10,737 bases of DNA from Candidatus Krumholzibacteriia bacterium (GTDB taxonomy: Bacteria; Krumholzibacteriota; Krumholzibacteriia; LZORAL124-64-63), in contig JAZBOO010000362.1 in assembly GCA_036351155.1 (NCBI GenBank), positions 1 through 10,737 of the forward strand. The letters are read 5' to 3'. The notes under the pieces are model-generated. The model was given only the letters and a program-made list of their open reading frames with translations, was not told the origin of the DNA and searched no databases. Positions 1-7,415 of the stretch are shown here, one piece after another (position 1 is the first letter of the stretch; every line of letters starts with the position of its first letter). Both the position numbers and the translations under genes were made by a program.

Positions 1-1032
1 CAGTTTCTGCAGGCCCAGCAGTGGGACCAGGCCATTGCCCGTCTCAACTCCATCGTGAATGTTTGCCCCGAGCACGTCGAGGCCACCCGTGGTCTGGGCA
101 CCGCCTACATGGGCAAGGGTGATTACGCCACGGCCGTGTCCTGGTTTTCCAAGGTGCCCGCGCTGCGGGGGGACCAGACCGAAGCCGGCGATTTCGCCAA
201 CACCGCCAAGGCCTTCGCCAAGCAGCAACTGTACAAGGAAGCCCGGGCGGAATACATGAAGGCCGAGCAGCTGGCGCCCGACGATTGCGGCGTTCTTTTC
301 AACCTGGGTGTCATGCACTACGCGGCCGGGGTCTACACCCAGTCGGTGGACGTGCTGGAGCACGCCCTGGATGCCTGTCCTCAGTACCGGGACAACATTC
401 TGCCGCAGCTGTCCAAGTCGGCGGGCAAGGCCGCCGAGCAGCAGCGCAAGGCGGGCAACGCTTCCAAGGCCCAGTTCTATCAGGACCTCATGACCCAGTA
501 TGGTGGGGCGGCCGGGGGATCGACCACCTACGACATGGTCAAGAAGAAGATGAGCGATCGGAAATACGATGAGGCCGTGGCGCTGCTGGAGCAGATGCTG
601 GGCCAGAACCCCGATCAGCCCAACGCCTGGCTGACCCTGGCCCGGGCCCGCGACGCCGCCGGGGACAAGGCCGGCAGCGTGGAGGCGTACAAGAAGTACA
701 CCGAGGCCAAGCCCAATGAAGCCAAGGCCGTGGGCGCCATGCTTCAGGTCATGGTTGAAGCTGGCCGCTGCAGTGAGGCCAATTCAGCTGCGCAGGCCGC
801 CACCGCACGGCTGGTTTCGCAGGGTGCGCGAGCCCTGGCTCCCATCACCTTTTCCTGGGGGATGGCTCTGGAATGCCTGGGCGATCTGGAAATGGCCAAG
901 GCCAAGTTCAGCCAGGTGGCCAGCAGCGGGAACGAGCGTTATGTCGCTCCGGCGCGCACCAACATGCAGCGCATGGATGATCTGGCCGATGTTGAGGCCT
1001 ACAAGAGAAAAAAGGCGCGTCAGGGTGGATGA
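1..1032 (+). CDS. Tetratricopeptide repeat (TPR) protein, 5'-partial
   Basis: Frame +1 is open from base 1 (QFLQAQQWDQAIARLNSIVNVCPEH...), so the GTG at 55 is internal. Several TPR-like units are present, e.g. ATRGLGTAYMGKGDYATAVSWFSKV, VLFNLGVMHYAAGVYTQSVDVLEHALDACP, AWLTLARARDAAGDKAGSVEAYKKYTEAKP and ITFSWGMALECLGDLEMAKAKFSQV. Stop TGA at 1030-1032. Confidence 0.9.
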   Translation, partial: QFLQAQQWDQAIARLNSIVNVCPEHVEATRGLGTAYMGKGDYATAVSWFSKVPALRGDQTEAGDFANTAKAFAKQQLYKEARAEYMKAEQLAPDDCGVLFNLGVMHYAAGVYTQSVDVLEHALDACPQYRDNILPQLSKSAGKAAEQQRKAGNASKAQFYQDLMTQYGGAAGGSTTYDMVKKKMSDRKYDEAVALLEQMLGQNPDQPNAWLTLARARDAAGDKAGSVEAYKKYTEAKPNEAKAVGAMLQVMVEAGRCSEANSAAQAATARLVSQGARALAPITFSWGMALECLGDLEMAKAKFSQVASSGNERYVAPARTNMQRMDDLADVEAYKRKKARQGG

Positions 1033-1054
1033 TCCCTGGCCATTGTGCGATATT

Positions 1055-1091
1055 GGCCCCGCGGTTTCCCTGGAAGCCGCGGGGTTTTTTT
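1055..1091 (+). terminator. Rho-independent terminator after the TPR gene
   Basis: 12-bp stem CCCCGCGGTTTC (1057-1068) / GAAGCCGCGGGG (1073-1084) with one G-U pair and a 4-nt loop, followed by T7 (1085-1091). Confidence 0.9.
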
Positions 1092-1117
1092 CGCTGTGCC
1101 ATCTGGTCCCGTCTTGA

Positions 1118-2284
1118 ATGGAGATTGTCTTGGGTCGTCTGGAAAAATTGCCTCCCTATCTTTTCTCAGCCATCGATGCCGCCAAGAGACGCGCCCGCGA
1201 CCGGGGCGTCGAGGTGGTGGACCTGGGGATCGGTGATCCCGATCGCCCCACGCCACAGGCCCTGGTCGAGGTCATGGCCGAGGCGGTGACCCGGGGTCCG
1301 AACCATCGGTACCCCTCGCAGTACGGGGACACCAACCTCAAGCAGGCCATCGGTCTATGGTTGAAGAAGCGCCATGGTGTGGAGGTGGATCCGGGGACCC
1401 AGATCCTGGTTCTGATCGGCAGCAAAGAGGGCCTGGGACACCTGCCCTTGACCTGCGTGGAAGAAGGGGACAACACCCTGGTGCCCGATCTGGGGTACCC
1501 GGTTTATGGCCAGGCCACCCTGCTGGCCGGCGGCACCCCGCGGGCCTTCGCCTTGCCGGCCGAGCGGGGATTTGTGCCGGATCCTGCCGCCATCGATCAG
1601 CTTTGCGATGAGCGTTCCCGCATGGTTTTCTTGAACTACCCCAACAATCCCACCGGGGCCGTGGTGGACGAGGGCTTCTGGCGGGAAATGCTGGAGGTGA
1701 CCCGTCGGCGGAACCTCATCCTGGTGAACGACGCGGCTTACATGGAAGTGGTCAACGGACCCCTGCGGCCGGTCAGCCTGCTCAGGGTGGCCAATCCGGC
1801 CGAAGATCGGGTCATCGAGCTGCACAGCCTGTCCAAGATGTTCAACATGACCGGCTGGCGTATCGCGTTTGCGGCGGGCCATCCCGGGGTCATTGGCGCC
1901 CTCGGCAGGGTCAAGGAGAGCATGGACAGCGGCGTGTTCACCGCGGTTCAGGAGACCGCCGCTTTTGCCCTCGGTGCGGCCTTCGAGGATCTGCTGGCCA
2001 GGGTGATGGCCGCCTACCCTTCACGTCGCGCCACCATCGAGGAGGCCTTGAAATCCGCGGGGTTCGAGATCTTCCCTTCTCCGGCCACCTTCTATGTGTG
2101 GGCCAGGGTTCCGCACGGTGGCGACAGCATCGCGTTCTGCAGCCGCGTCCTGGAAGAACTGGGCGTGGTGGTGACCCCCGGTCCCGGATTTGGAACCGGG
2201 GGCGAGGGCTGGTTCCGGATCAGTCTGACCGCCAGCGACGAGGCCATCGCTGAAGGTGCCCGTCGTTTCCGGGAGTGGTCATGA
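1118..2284 (+). CDS. dapL: PLP-dependent class I/II aminotransferase, LL-diaminopimelate aminotransferase (DapL/DapC-like) group
   Basis: 388 aa. Motifs LPPYLF, DLGIGDPD.PTP, HRYP, IGSKEG, NYPNNPTG, DAAY, the PLP-lysine motif HSLSKMFNMTGWRI, and TPGPGFG.GGEGWFRISL. The family is secure; the substrate is inferred. Confidence 0.75.
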   Translation: MEIVLGRLEKLPPYLFSAIDAAKRRARDRGVEVVDLGIGDPDRPTPQALVEVMAEAVTRGPNHRYPSQYGDTNLKQAIGLWLKKRHGVEVDPGTQILVLIGSKEGLGHLPLTCVEEGDNTLVPDLGYPVYGQATLLAGGTPRAFALPAERGFVPDPAAIDQLCDERSRMVFLNYPNNPTGAVVDEGFWREMLEVTRRRNLILVNDAAYMEVVNGPLRPVSLLRVANPAEDRVIELHSLSKMFNMTGWRIAFAAGHPGVIGALGRVKESMDSGVFTAVQETAAFALGAAFEDLLARVMAAYPSRRATIEEALKSAGFEIFPSPATFYVWARVPHGGDSIAFCSRVLEELGVVVTPGPGFGTGGEGWFRISLTASDEAIAEGARRFREWS

Positions 2285-2676
2285 ACGACAGGATCTGCTT
2301 GCGGGGAATCGATGTCTATGCCCACCACGGGGTGCACCCCGCCGAGCGCGAACTGGGCCAGAGATTCGTGATCGATGCCGAGCTGGCCTTCGACTGTTCG
2401 GCGGCAGCGCGCAGCGATCGCCTGGAAAAGGCTCTGGATTACACCCTGGTGCACGCTCTGGTGGCGCGCACCACAGCCGAGACCCGATTTCAGCTGATCG
2501 AGGCGCTGGCCGGGCGCCTGTGCACTGTCCTGCTGCGGGAGCTTCCCGTGGACCAGGTGACCCTGACCGTGCACAAGCCCAACCCACCTATTCCGGGTTT
2601 CCTGGGTCAGGCCTCGGTCACCCTGGTGCGCCAGCGGGACTGGTTGAATGATGATCCGCGGGACGTTTCCTCGTGA
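2281..2676 (+). CDS. folB: Dihydroneopterin aldolase
   Basis: MNDRI.L.GI..YAHHGV...ERELGQRF.ID, SD.L...LDY, FQLIEALA, V.KPNPPI. ATG 2281 overlaps the upstream stop (ATGA), with GGAG upstream. Confidence 0.95.
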   Translation: MNDRICLRGIDVYAHHGVHPAERELGQRFVIDAELAFDCSAAARSDRLEKALDYTLVHALVARTTAETRFQLIEALAGRLCTVLLRELPVDQVTLTVHKPNPPIPGFLGQASVTLVRQRDWLNDDPRDVSS

Positions 2677-3239
2677 CCAGGGTTTATCTGGGCCTGGGAA
2701 GCAATCAGGGGGACCGTGAGGAACACCTGAGCCAGGCCATGGTGGCGCTTTCCCGCCACCCCGATCTGCTGGTGGACCAGGCCAGTGCCCTCTACGAATC
2801 GGAGTACGTGGGGCCGGGGCAGCAGGAGCCCTACCTCAATGCCTGCCTGGGGCTTGACACCCGTCTGTCGGCCCTTGACCTGCTGGCGCTCCTGAAGGAT
2901 TGTGAAGCCCGACGGGGGAGGGCGCCCGACGGCCACATGAGGCCGCGTCCCCTGGACCTGGATATTCTCCTGTTCGGCTCCGAAATGAGGGAGGACGGGC
3001 AGCTTTGCTTGCCCCATCCTCGCCTGCGAGAACGGGCCTTTGTGCTGATCCCTCTGGCGGAAATAGCCGGTGATGCCATTTTTCCAGATTCGGGGGAGAC
3101 AGTGGACACGGCTTGTGCGAAAATAAGGCAAAAACAAGGACCCTGGGTCCGCGCATGGAAAAGTTGTGGGCTGTGGCCTGCAAGAGGGAACGCGAGCAAG
3201 GAGGATTGGCGTGCTGCCTTGGCGGTATATCGTCGTTGA
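2673..3239 (+). CDS. folK: 2-amino-4-hydroxy-6-hydroxymethyldihydropteridine pyrophosphokinase (HPPK)
   Basis: YLGLGSNQG, S.LYES, YLNA, PRPLDLDILLFG, LPHPRL.ERAFVLIPLAEI. The GTG start overlaps the folB stop (GTGA). Confidence 0.95.
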   Translation: MTRVYLGLGSNQGDREEHLSQAMVALSRHPDLLVDQASALYESEYVGPGQQEPYLNACLGLDTRLSALDLLALLKDCEARRGRAPDGHMRPRPLDLDILLFGSEMREDGQLCLPHPRLRERAFVLIPLAEIAGDAIFPDSGETVDTACAKIRQKQGPWVRAWKSCGLWPARGNASKEDWRAALAVYRR

Positions 3240-3861
3240 GGGCGTGATCGGGGTGGGCAAAACCAGCCTGGCCAAGCTGCTTTCCACCCACGTCGAGGGG
3301 AAGTTGAACCTCGAGGTGGTGGAGGAGAATCCCTTCCTGGCCAATTTCTACCAGGATCGGCAGGCTTACGCCTTTCAAACCCAGATCTTTTTCCTGCTGA
3401 GCCGTTTCCGACAGCAGCAGGACCTCTTCCAGCATGATCTGTTCAGTTCCACTGTCCTGACCGATTACCTGTTTGCGAAGGATCGGATTTTCGCCAATCT
3501 GAACCTCAGCGATGATGAGCTGGCCCTGTATAACCAGCTGGCGGTCATCCTGGAGCAGAGGGTGCTCAAGCCCGACCTGGTGATCTATCTGCAGGCGCGC
3601 ACCGAGATCTTGCAGCAGAGAATCCAGTGGCGGGGGCGGAGCTTCGAGCGGAACATGGAGAATTCCTATCTGGAAGCGCTGAACAAGGCTTACAGTTATT
3701 TTTTCCATCATTACAAGGACGCTCCGTTGCTCGTGGTCAACACGGACAACCTGGATTTCGTCAACGTGCCCCGGGATTTCGATCTGCTGTTCGAGCAGAT
3801 CCAGCAGAAATTCACCGGGACCAGGTATTACGCGCCGGGTTCCACCCGGGACCAGGACTGA
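3211..3861 (+). CDS. Deoxynucleoside kinase family protein (Dgk-like)
   Basis: P-loop IVVEGVIGVGKTS, ENPFL..FY.D, FQTQIFFLLSR, DYLF.KD.IFA, PDLVIYL.A and lid RI..RGR.FE. Start placed at GTG 3211 because a strong SD (AAGGAGG, 3198-3204) lies 6 nt upstream; the ORF-track start at 3166 lacks one. Confidence 0.9.
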   Translation: MLPWRYIVVEGVIGVGKTSLAKLLSTHVEGKLNLEVVEENPFLANFYQDRQAYAFQTQIFFLLSRFRQQQDLFQHDLFSSTVLTDYLFAKDRIFANLNLSDDELALYNQLAVILEQRVLKPDLVIYLQARTEILQQRIQWRGRSFERNMENSYLEALNKAYSYFFHHYKDAPLLVVNTDNLDFVNVPRDFDLLFEQIQQKFTGTRYYAPGSTRDQD

Positions 3862-3888
3862 TCGTCCTTCGGTCGGAAAGGTGAGAAC

Positions 3889-4824
3889 ATGGCTGGCAAA
3901 GGTCGCCCTTCGACTCTGGATGTATTTGCTCGTGGCAAGAGCGAGGGCCGCAAGATCACCGTCCTGACGGCCTATGACCTGACCAGTGCTCTGCTGGCGG
4001 CTCGCGGCGGGGTGGACGCCATCCTGGTGGGGGACTCCCTCGGCATGGTGGTGCTGGGATTCGAGAACACTCTGCCTGTGACCCTGGAACACACCTTGCA
4101 CCACTGTGCGGCTGTGAGCCGCGCCCGGCCCGGGCTGCCTATCATCGCGGACATGCCCTTTGGCAGTTTCCATGTTTCGGTGGAAGATACCGTGCGGCAG
4201 GCATTGCGTCTGGTGAAAGAGGGCGGCGCCACCGCGGTCAAGATCGAAGGTGGGCGGCGGCGCCTGGACATGATCGCAGGCCTGCTGCGCGCCGAGATTC
4301 CCGTGATGGGGCACCTCGGATTGACCCCTCAGTCGGTGCATCGCTTTGGCGGTTACAAGGTGCAAGGACGGGGGGAGGACGCGGCGGCGGCGTTGCGGGA
4401 CGAGGCCCGGCTGCTGCAGGAGGCGGGATGCTTCGCTCTGGTTCTGGAATGTGTGCCGGCCGAACTGGCCGCTCAGATCAGCGCCGACCTGGAGATTCCC
4501 ACCATCGGCATCGGCGCCGGGCCCGGCTGCGATGGCCAGGTTCTGGTTTTCCACGACATGCTGGGGCTCTTTGACGGATTGAAACCCAAGTTCGTCAAGC
4601 GATTTGCCGAGCTGGGCGATGCCGCTGCCGAAGCCATCGGCCGTTATGTGACCGAGGTCCGCGAGGGCTCTTTTCCCGGACCCGAGCACACCTACGGGGA
4701 AAAGCCGCGGCGCAAGACGGGTGAAGGCGGATTACCGCAGTCGGCGGCTCCGGAGCTGGAGAAATCCAAGCCGAAGACCACCGGTTATCTGGCGGATATG
4801 GCCAACGGGAAGGACAAGAGCTGA
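3889..4824 (+). CDS. panB: 3-methyl-2-oxobutanoate hydroxymethyltransferase
   Basis: LTAYD, ILVGDSLGMVVLG, ADMPFGS, AVKIEGG, VMGHLGLTPQS, LVLECVP, TIGIGAG..CDGQVLV.HDMLG, PKFVK. SD-like AAGGTGA upstream. Confidence 0.97.
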   Translation: MAGKGRPSTLDVFARGKSEGRKITVLTAYDLTSALLAARGGVDAILVGDSLGMVVLGFENTLPVTLEHTLHHCAAVSRARPGLPIIADMPFGSFHVSVEDTVRQALRLVKEGGATAVKIEGGRRRLDMIAGLLRAEIPVMGHLGLTPQSVHRFGGYKVQGRGEDAAAALRDEARLLQEAGCFALVLECVPAELAAQISADLEIPTIGIGAGPGCDGQVLVFHDMLGLFDGLKPKFVKRFAELGDAAAEAIGRYVTEVREGSFPGPEHTYGEKPRRKTGEGGLPQSAAPELEKSKPKTTGYLADMANGKDKS

Positions 4825-5702
4825 TGCTGATGCTCCGTGAGCGGTCTCAGCTGGAGGAACTGGACGTCTTGCGTGGACCTCGGCCCCTGGTGCTGGTGCC
4901 CACCATGGGGGCGCTCCATGAGGGCCACCTCAGCCTGGTGCGACAGGCCGCCGAGCTGGGGCCGGTGGTGGTTTCCATCTTTGTCAACCCCACCCAGTTC
5001 GGGCCCGGGGAGGATTTCGATTCCTACCCGCGCGATCTGCAGTCGGATTGCGATCTGCTGGCACCGCTGGAGGTGGCCGCGGTTTTTGCCCCGGCGGTGG
5101 AGGAAATGTACGGCAGCCCCGATGGGGTCATGGTCCAGCCGGGACATCGCGCCCGGGGCCTCTGTGGAGCCGGTCGCCCGGGCCATTTCTCCGGGGTGCT
5201 GACGGTGGTGGCCAAGCTGTTCGGCCTGGTCCAGCCCGACATCGCGGTCTTCGGCCGCAAGGATGCCCAGCAATGCCTGGTCATCCGGCAGATGGTCGAG
5301 GACCTGTGCCTGCCCGTGCGCCTGATCGACGGTCTGACCGTGCGAGAACCGGATGGACTGGCCATGTCCTCGCGGAATCGTTATCTGAACTCTGCGGAGC
5401 GGAAGCAGGCTCTGTGCCTGTCGCGAGCTCTCAAGACCGGCGAGGACCTTCTGCGCCAGGGGGAGCGCCGGCGAGAAGTGGTCGAGGCCGCCATGGCGGC
5501 CATCCTGGCGGAAGCTGACCGCGCGGATTATGCGGTGGTGCGGCAGGTTCCCGATCTGGAAACTCCGAGCGCCATGGCGGGCATGACCCTGCTGGCGGTC
5601 GCCGGCAAGGTGGGACCGGCACGTCTGATTGACAACAATGTCTGGCATATCACCCCCGAGGGGCTGGAGCCCGGCTGTCTGCTGGGCACGGGAAAGGAAT
5701 GA
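4824..5702 (+). CDS. panC: Pantoate--beta-alanine ligase
   Basis: VPTMGALHEGHLSL (HIGH-like), VVSIFVNPTQF, YPR, RPGHF.GV.TVV.KLF, FG.KD.QQ, RE.DGLAMSSRN.YL, RLIDN. TGATG overlap with the panB stop. Confidence 0.97.
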   Translation: MLMLRERSQLEELDVLRGPRPLVLVPTMGALHEGHLSLVRQAAELGPVVVSIFVNPTQFGPGEDFDSYPRDLQSDCDLLAPLEVAAVFAPAVEEMYGSPDGVMVQPGHRARGLCGAGRPGHFSGVLTVVAKLFGLVQPDIAVFGRKDAQQCLVIRQMVEDLCLPVRLIDGLTVREPDGLAMSSRNRYLNSAERKQALCLSRALKTGEDLLRQGERRREVVEAAMAAILAEADRADYAVVRQVPDLETPSAMAGMTLLAVAGKVGPARLIDNNVWHITPEGLEPGCLLGTGKE

Positions 5703-5730
5703 GCAATATCTCATGGAGAAGGTGAACCTG

Positions 5731-6465
5731 ATGAATCTGGATGCCGTGGTGCTGGCGGCCGGCAAGGGAACCCGCATGAAATCCGACCTGCCCAAGGTCC
5801 TGCACCCTCTGGCGGGGCGCCCCCTGCTGGATCATGTGCTGGATACGGTGGGGGCGGTGGGTGTCGACCACACGGTGGTCGTGGTGGGGCACAAGGCCGA
5901 TCTGGTCAAGGAAACCTGTGCGCGCCCCGGCATCGAATTCGCGTTGCAGCAACCCCAGCTGGGCACGGGGCATGCCGTTCAGGTCACGGTGGATCAGCTG
6001 CGTCGGGGGGGCTTCTGTGTGGTTCTGGCCGGCGATGTGCCCCTGCTGACGGTGGCCACCCTGCAGCGGCTGCTGGATGAGGCTCGCCGGAGCGAGGCTG
6101 CGGCGATCATCCTGACCTGCGTGGTCGAGGATGCGGCGGCCTACGGTCGGATCATCAAGGATGACAGCGGGCAGGTCCTGAAAATCGTGGAAGCCCGGGA
6201 CGCGACCCCCGAGGAACTGGCCGTGGGGGAATACAATACCGGGATCCTGTGTTTCCGGACCGAACTGATGATCGAGGCTCTCGCCAACCTGACCACGGAC
6301 AACGACCAGGGGGAGTACTATCTCACCGATACGGTGGCCTGGCTGGTCGGCAGGGGACACCGGGTCGAGGCCGTGGCCACCGAGGACCCCGACGAGGTGG
6401 GCGGCATCAATACCGTGGACGAGCTGGCCGCTGCCGAGTTGGTTTTCAACAAGAGGTCGCAATGA
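5731..6465 (+). CDS. Sugar-1-phosphate nucleotidyltransferase, GlmU N-terminal (uridyltransferase) domain only
   Basis: 244 aa from ATG 5731 (SD AAGGTGA at 5719-5725; alternative ATG 5713). LAAGKGTRMKSDLPKVLH, QLGTGHAV, GDVPLL, YGRI, IVE.RDA, EYNTG, N.QGEYYLTD, GINT..EL. It ends at the GlmU linker helix, with no hexapeptide repeats. Confidence 0.9.
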   Translation: MNLDAVVLAAGKGTRMKSDLPKVLHPLAGRPLLDHVLDTVGAVGVDHTVVVVGHKADLVKETCARPGIEFALQQPQLGTGHAVQVTVDQLRRGGFCVVLAGDVPLLTVATLQRLLDEARRSEAAAIILTCVVEDAAAYGRIIKDDSGQVLKIVEARDATPEELAVGEYNTGILCFRTELMIEALANLTTDNDQGEYYLTDTVAWLVGRGHRVEAVATEDPDEVGGINTVDELAAAELVFNKRSQ

Positions 6466-6965
6466 CCATGGATCGTCTGTGCACCCCCTGGAGGTTCGAT
6501 TACGTGACCGGCAAGGAAAAAGAAGAAGGGTGTGTTTTCTGCAACCGCCTGGATTGTGATGAAGCGGAGAACTACGTCCTGCACAGGGGGCACTTCTGGT
6601 ATCTGATCCTGAACCTCTATCCCTACAACAGCGGCCACCTGTTGCTGGTGCTGAACCGTCATCAGCCGCTGCTTTCCGGATGCACACCGGAGGAACTCGT
6701 CGAAATGAGCAGCCTCCTCGGCGTCATGGAAGGGGCCCTCATGGAGACCTATCGCCCGGACGGGATCAACTGCGGGTACAACGGGGGCGCCAGTGCCGGG
6801 GCGGGCATTCCCGAGCATATGCACGTTCACATGTTGCCGCGCTGGGCCGGGGATACGAATTTCATGAGCACCATCGGCCAGACCCGGGTGATGCCCCAGA
6901 CCCTGGATCAGAGCTATGAGCGCATTCTCCCGGCCATCAAGAGCCGGGTGGAAAAGCTGTCGTGA
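6462..6965 (+). CDS. HIT-family nucleotide hydrolase/transferase (Ap4A phosphorylase Rv2613c-like subgroup)
   Basis: L.TPWR..YV, CVFC, LNLYPYNSGHLL, N.G.SAGAGIPEHMHVHMLPRW.GDTNF. ATG 6462 overlaps the upstream stop (ATGA) with SD GAGGT; the ORF-track start at 6249 is an overextension. Confidence 0.9.
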   Translation: MTMDRLCTPWRFDYVTGKEKEEGCVFCNRLDCDEAENYVLHRGHFWYLILNLYPYNSGHLLLVLNRHQPLLSGCTPEELVEMSSLLGVMEGALMETYRPDGINCGYNGGASAGAGIPEHMHVHMLPRWAGDTNFMSTIGQTRVMPQTLDQSYERILPAIKSRVEKLS

Positions 6966-7411
6966 AAAGGACGCTGAATCTTTTTCTTCTGGTCCTGGTT
7001 CTGGCCTGCGGGGTTTCCATCTGGTGGGCCAAGGGACAGCCCTTGCCCAGCTGGTGGGATTCGGGCGAGGTCCGCAGAGACGCGCCTTCCCTGGAGGAAA
7101 GCGATCCCCAGCTGCCAGCGGCCCAGCTGAGGGTTTTGAATGCCACCGAAATTCCTGGCCTGGCGGCCGAGGTGGCCCTGCGCATTCCCGGGCTGGGTTG
7201 TGTGGTGCAGGGTGTGGGGAATGCTGCGGCCTGGCCGGGATCGCCCAGTCTCCTGATCAATCGGCGGTTGCCGCGTGGGCAAGCGCTGGAACTGGCCGAG
7301 CGGCTGGGTGGCATCCCTGTGATCCGGGAATGGGATGGCCGTGGTGCGGAAGATGCAGTCCTGGTGCTGGGCGACGACCACGACCGGATTTTGAAGGCCG
7401 CCGGGCGTTGA
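6962..7411 (+). CDS. Membrane-anchored LytR C-terminal (LytR_C) domain protein
   Basis: N-terminal MKR plus a hydrophobic helix (LNLFLLVLVLACGVSIWW), then LRVLNATEIPGLAAEVA...VGNA...LVLGDD, typical of LytR_C. GTGA overlap with the HIT stop. Confidence 0.75.
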   Translation: MKRTLNLFLLVLVLACGVSIWWAKGQPLPSWWDSGEVRRDAPSLEESDPQLPAAQLRVLNATEIPGLAAEVALRIPGLGCVVQGVGNAAAWPGSPSLLINRRLPRGQALELAERLGGIPVIREWDGRGAEDAVLVLGDDHDRILKAAGR

Positions 7412-7415
7412 GCCG

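Noticed and set aside
2836..4689. 617-aa minus-strand ORF
   Set aside because: It is the antisense shadow of folK, the kinase and panB. Long stop-free antisense frames are expected in GC-rich coding DNA, and it has no recognisable motifs.
6249..6461. N-terminal extensions of the HIT ORF (from 6249), also the nucleotidyltransferase (from 5629) and kinase (from 3166)
   Set aside because: They overlap upstream genes and lack family similarity. Better starts with an SD or stop/start coupling exist at 6462, 5731 and 3211.
4785..6687. 336-aa and 345-aa minus-strand ORFs
   Set aside because: Both are antisense to panC, the nucleotidyltransferase and the HIT gene, and have no family motifs.
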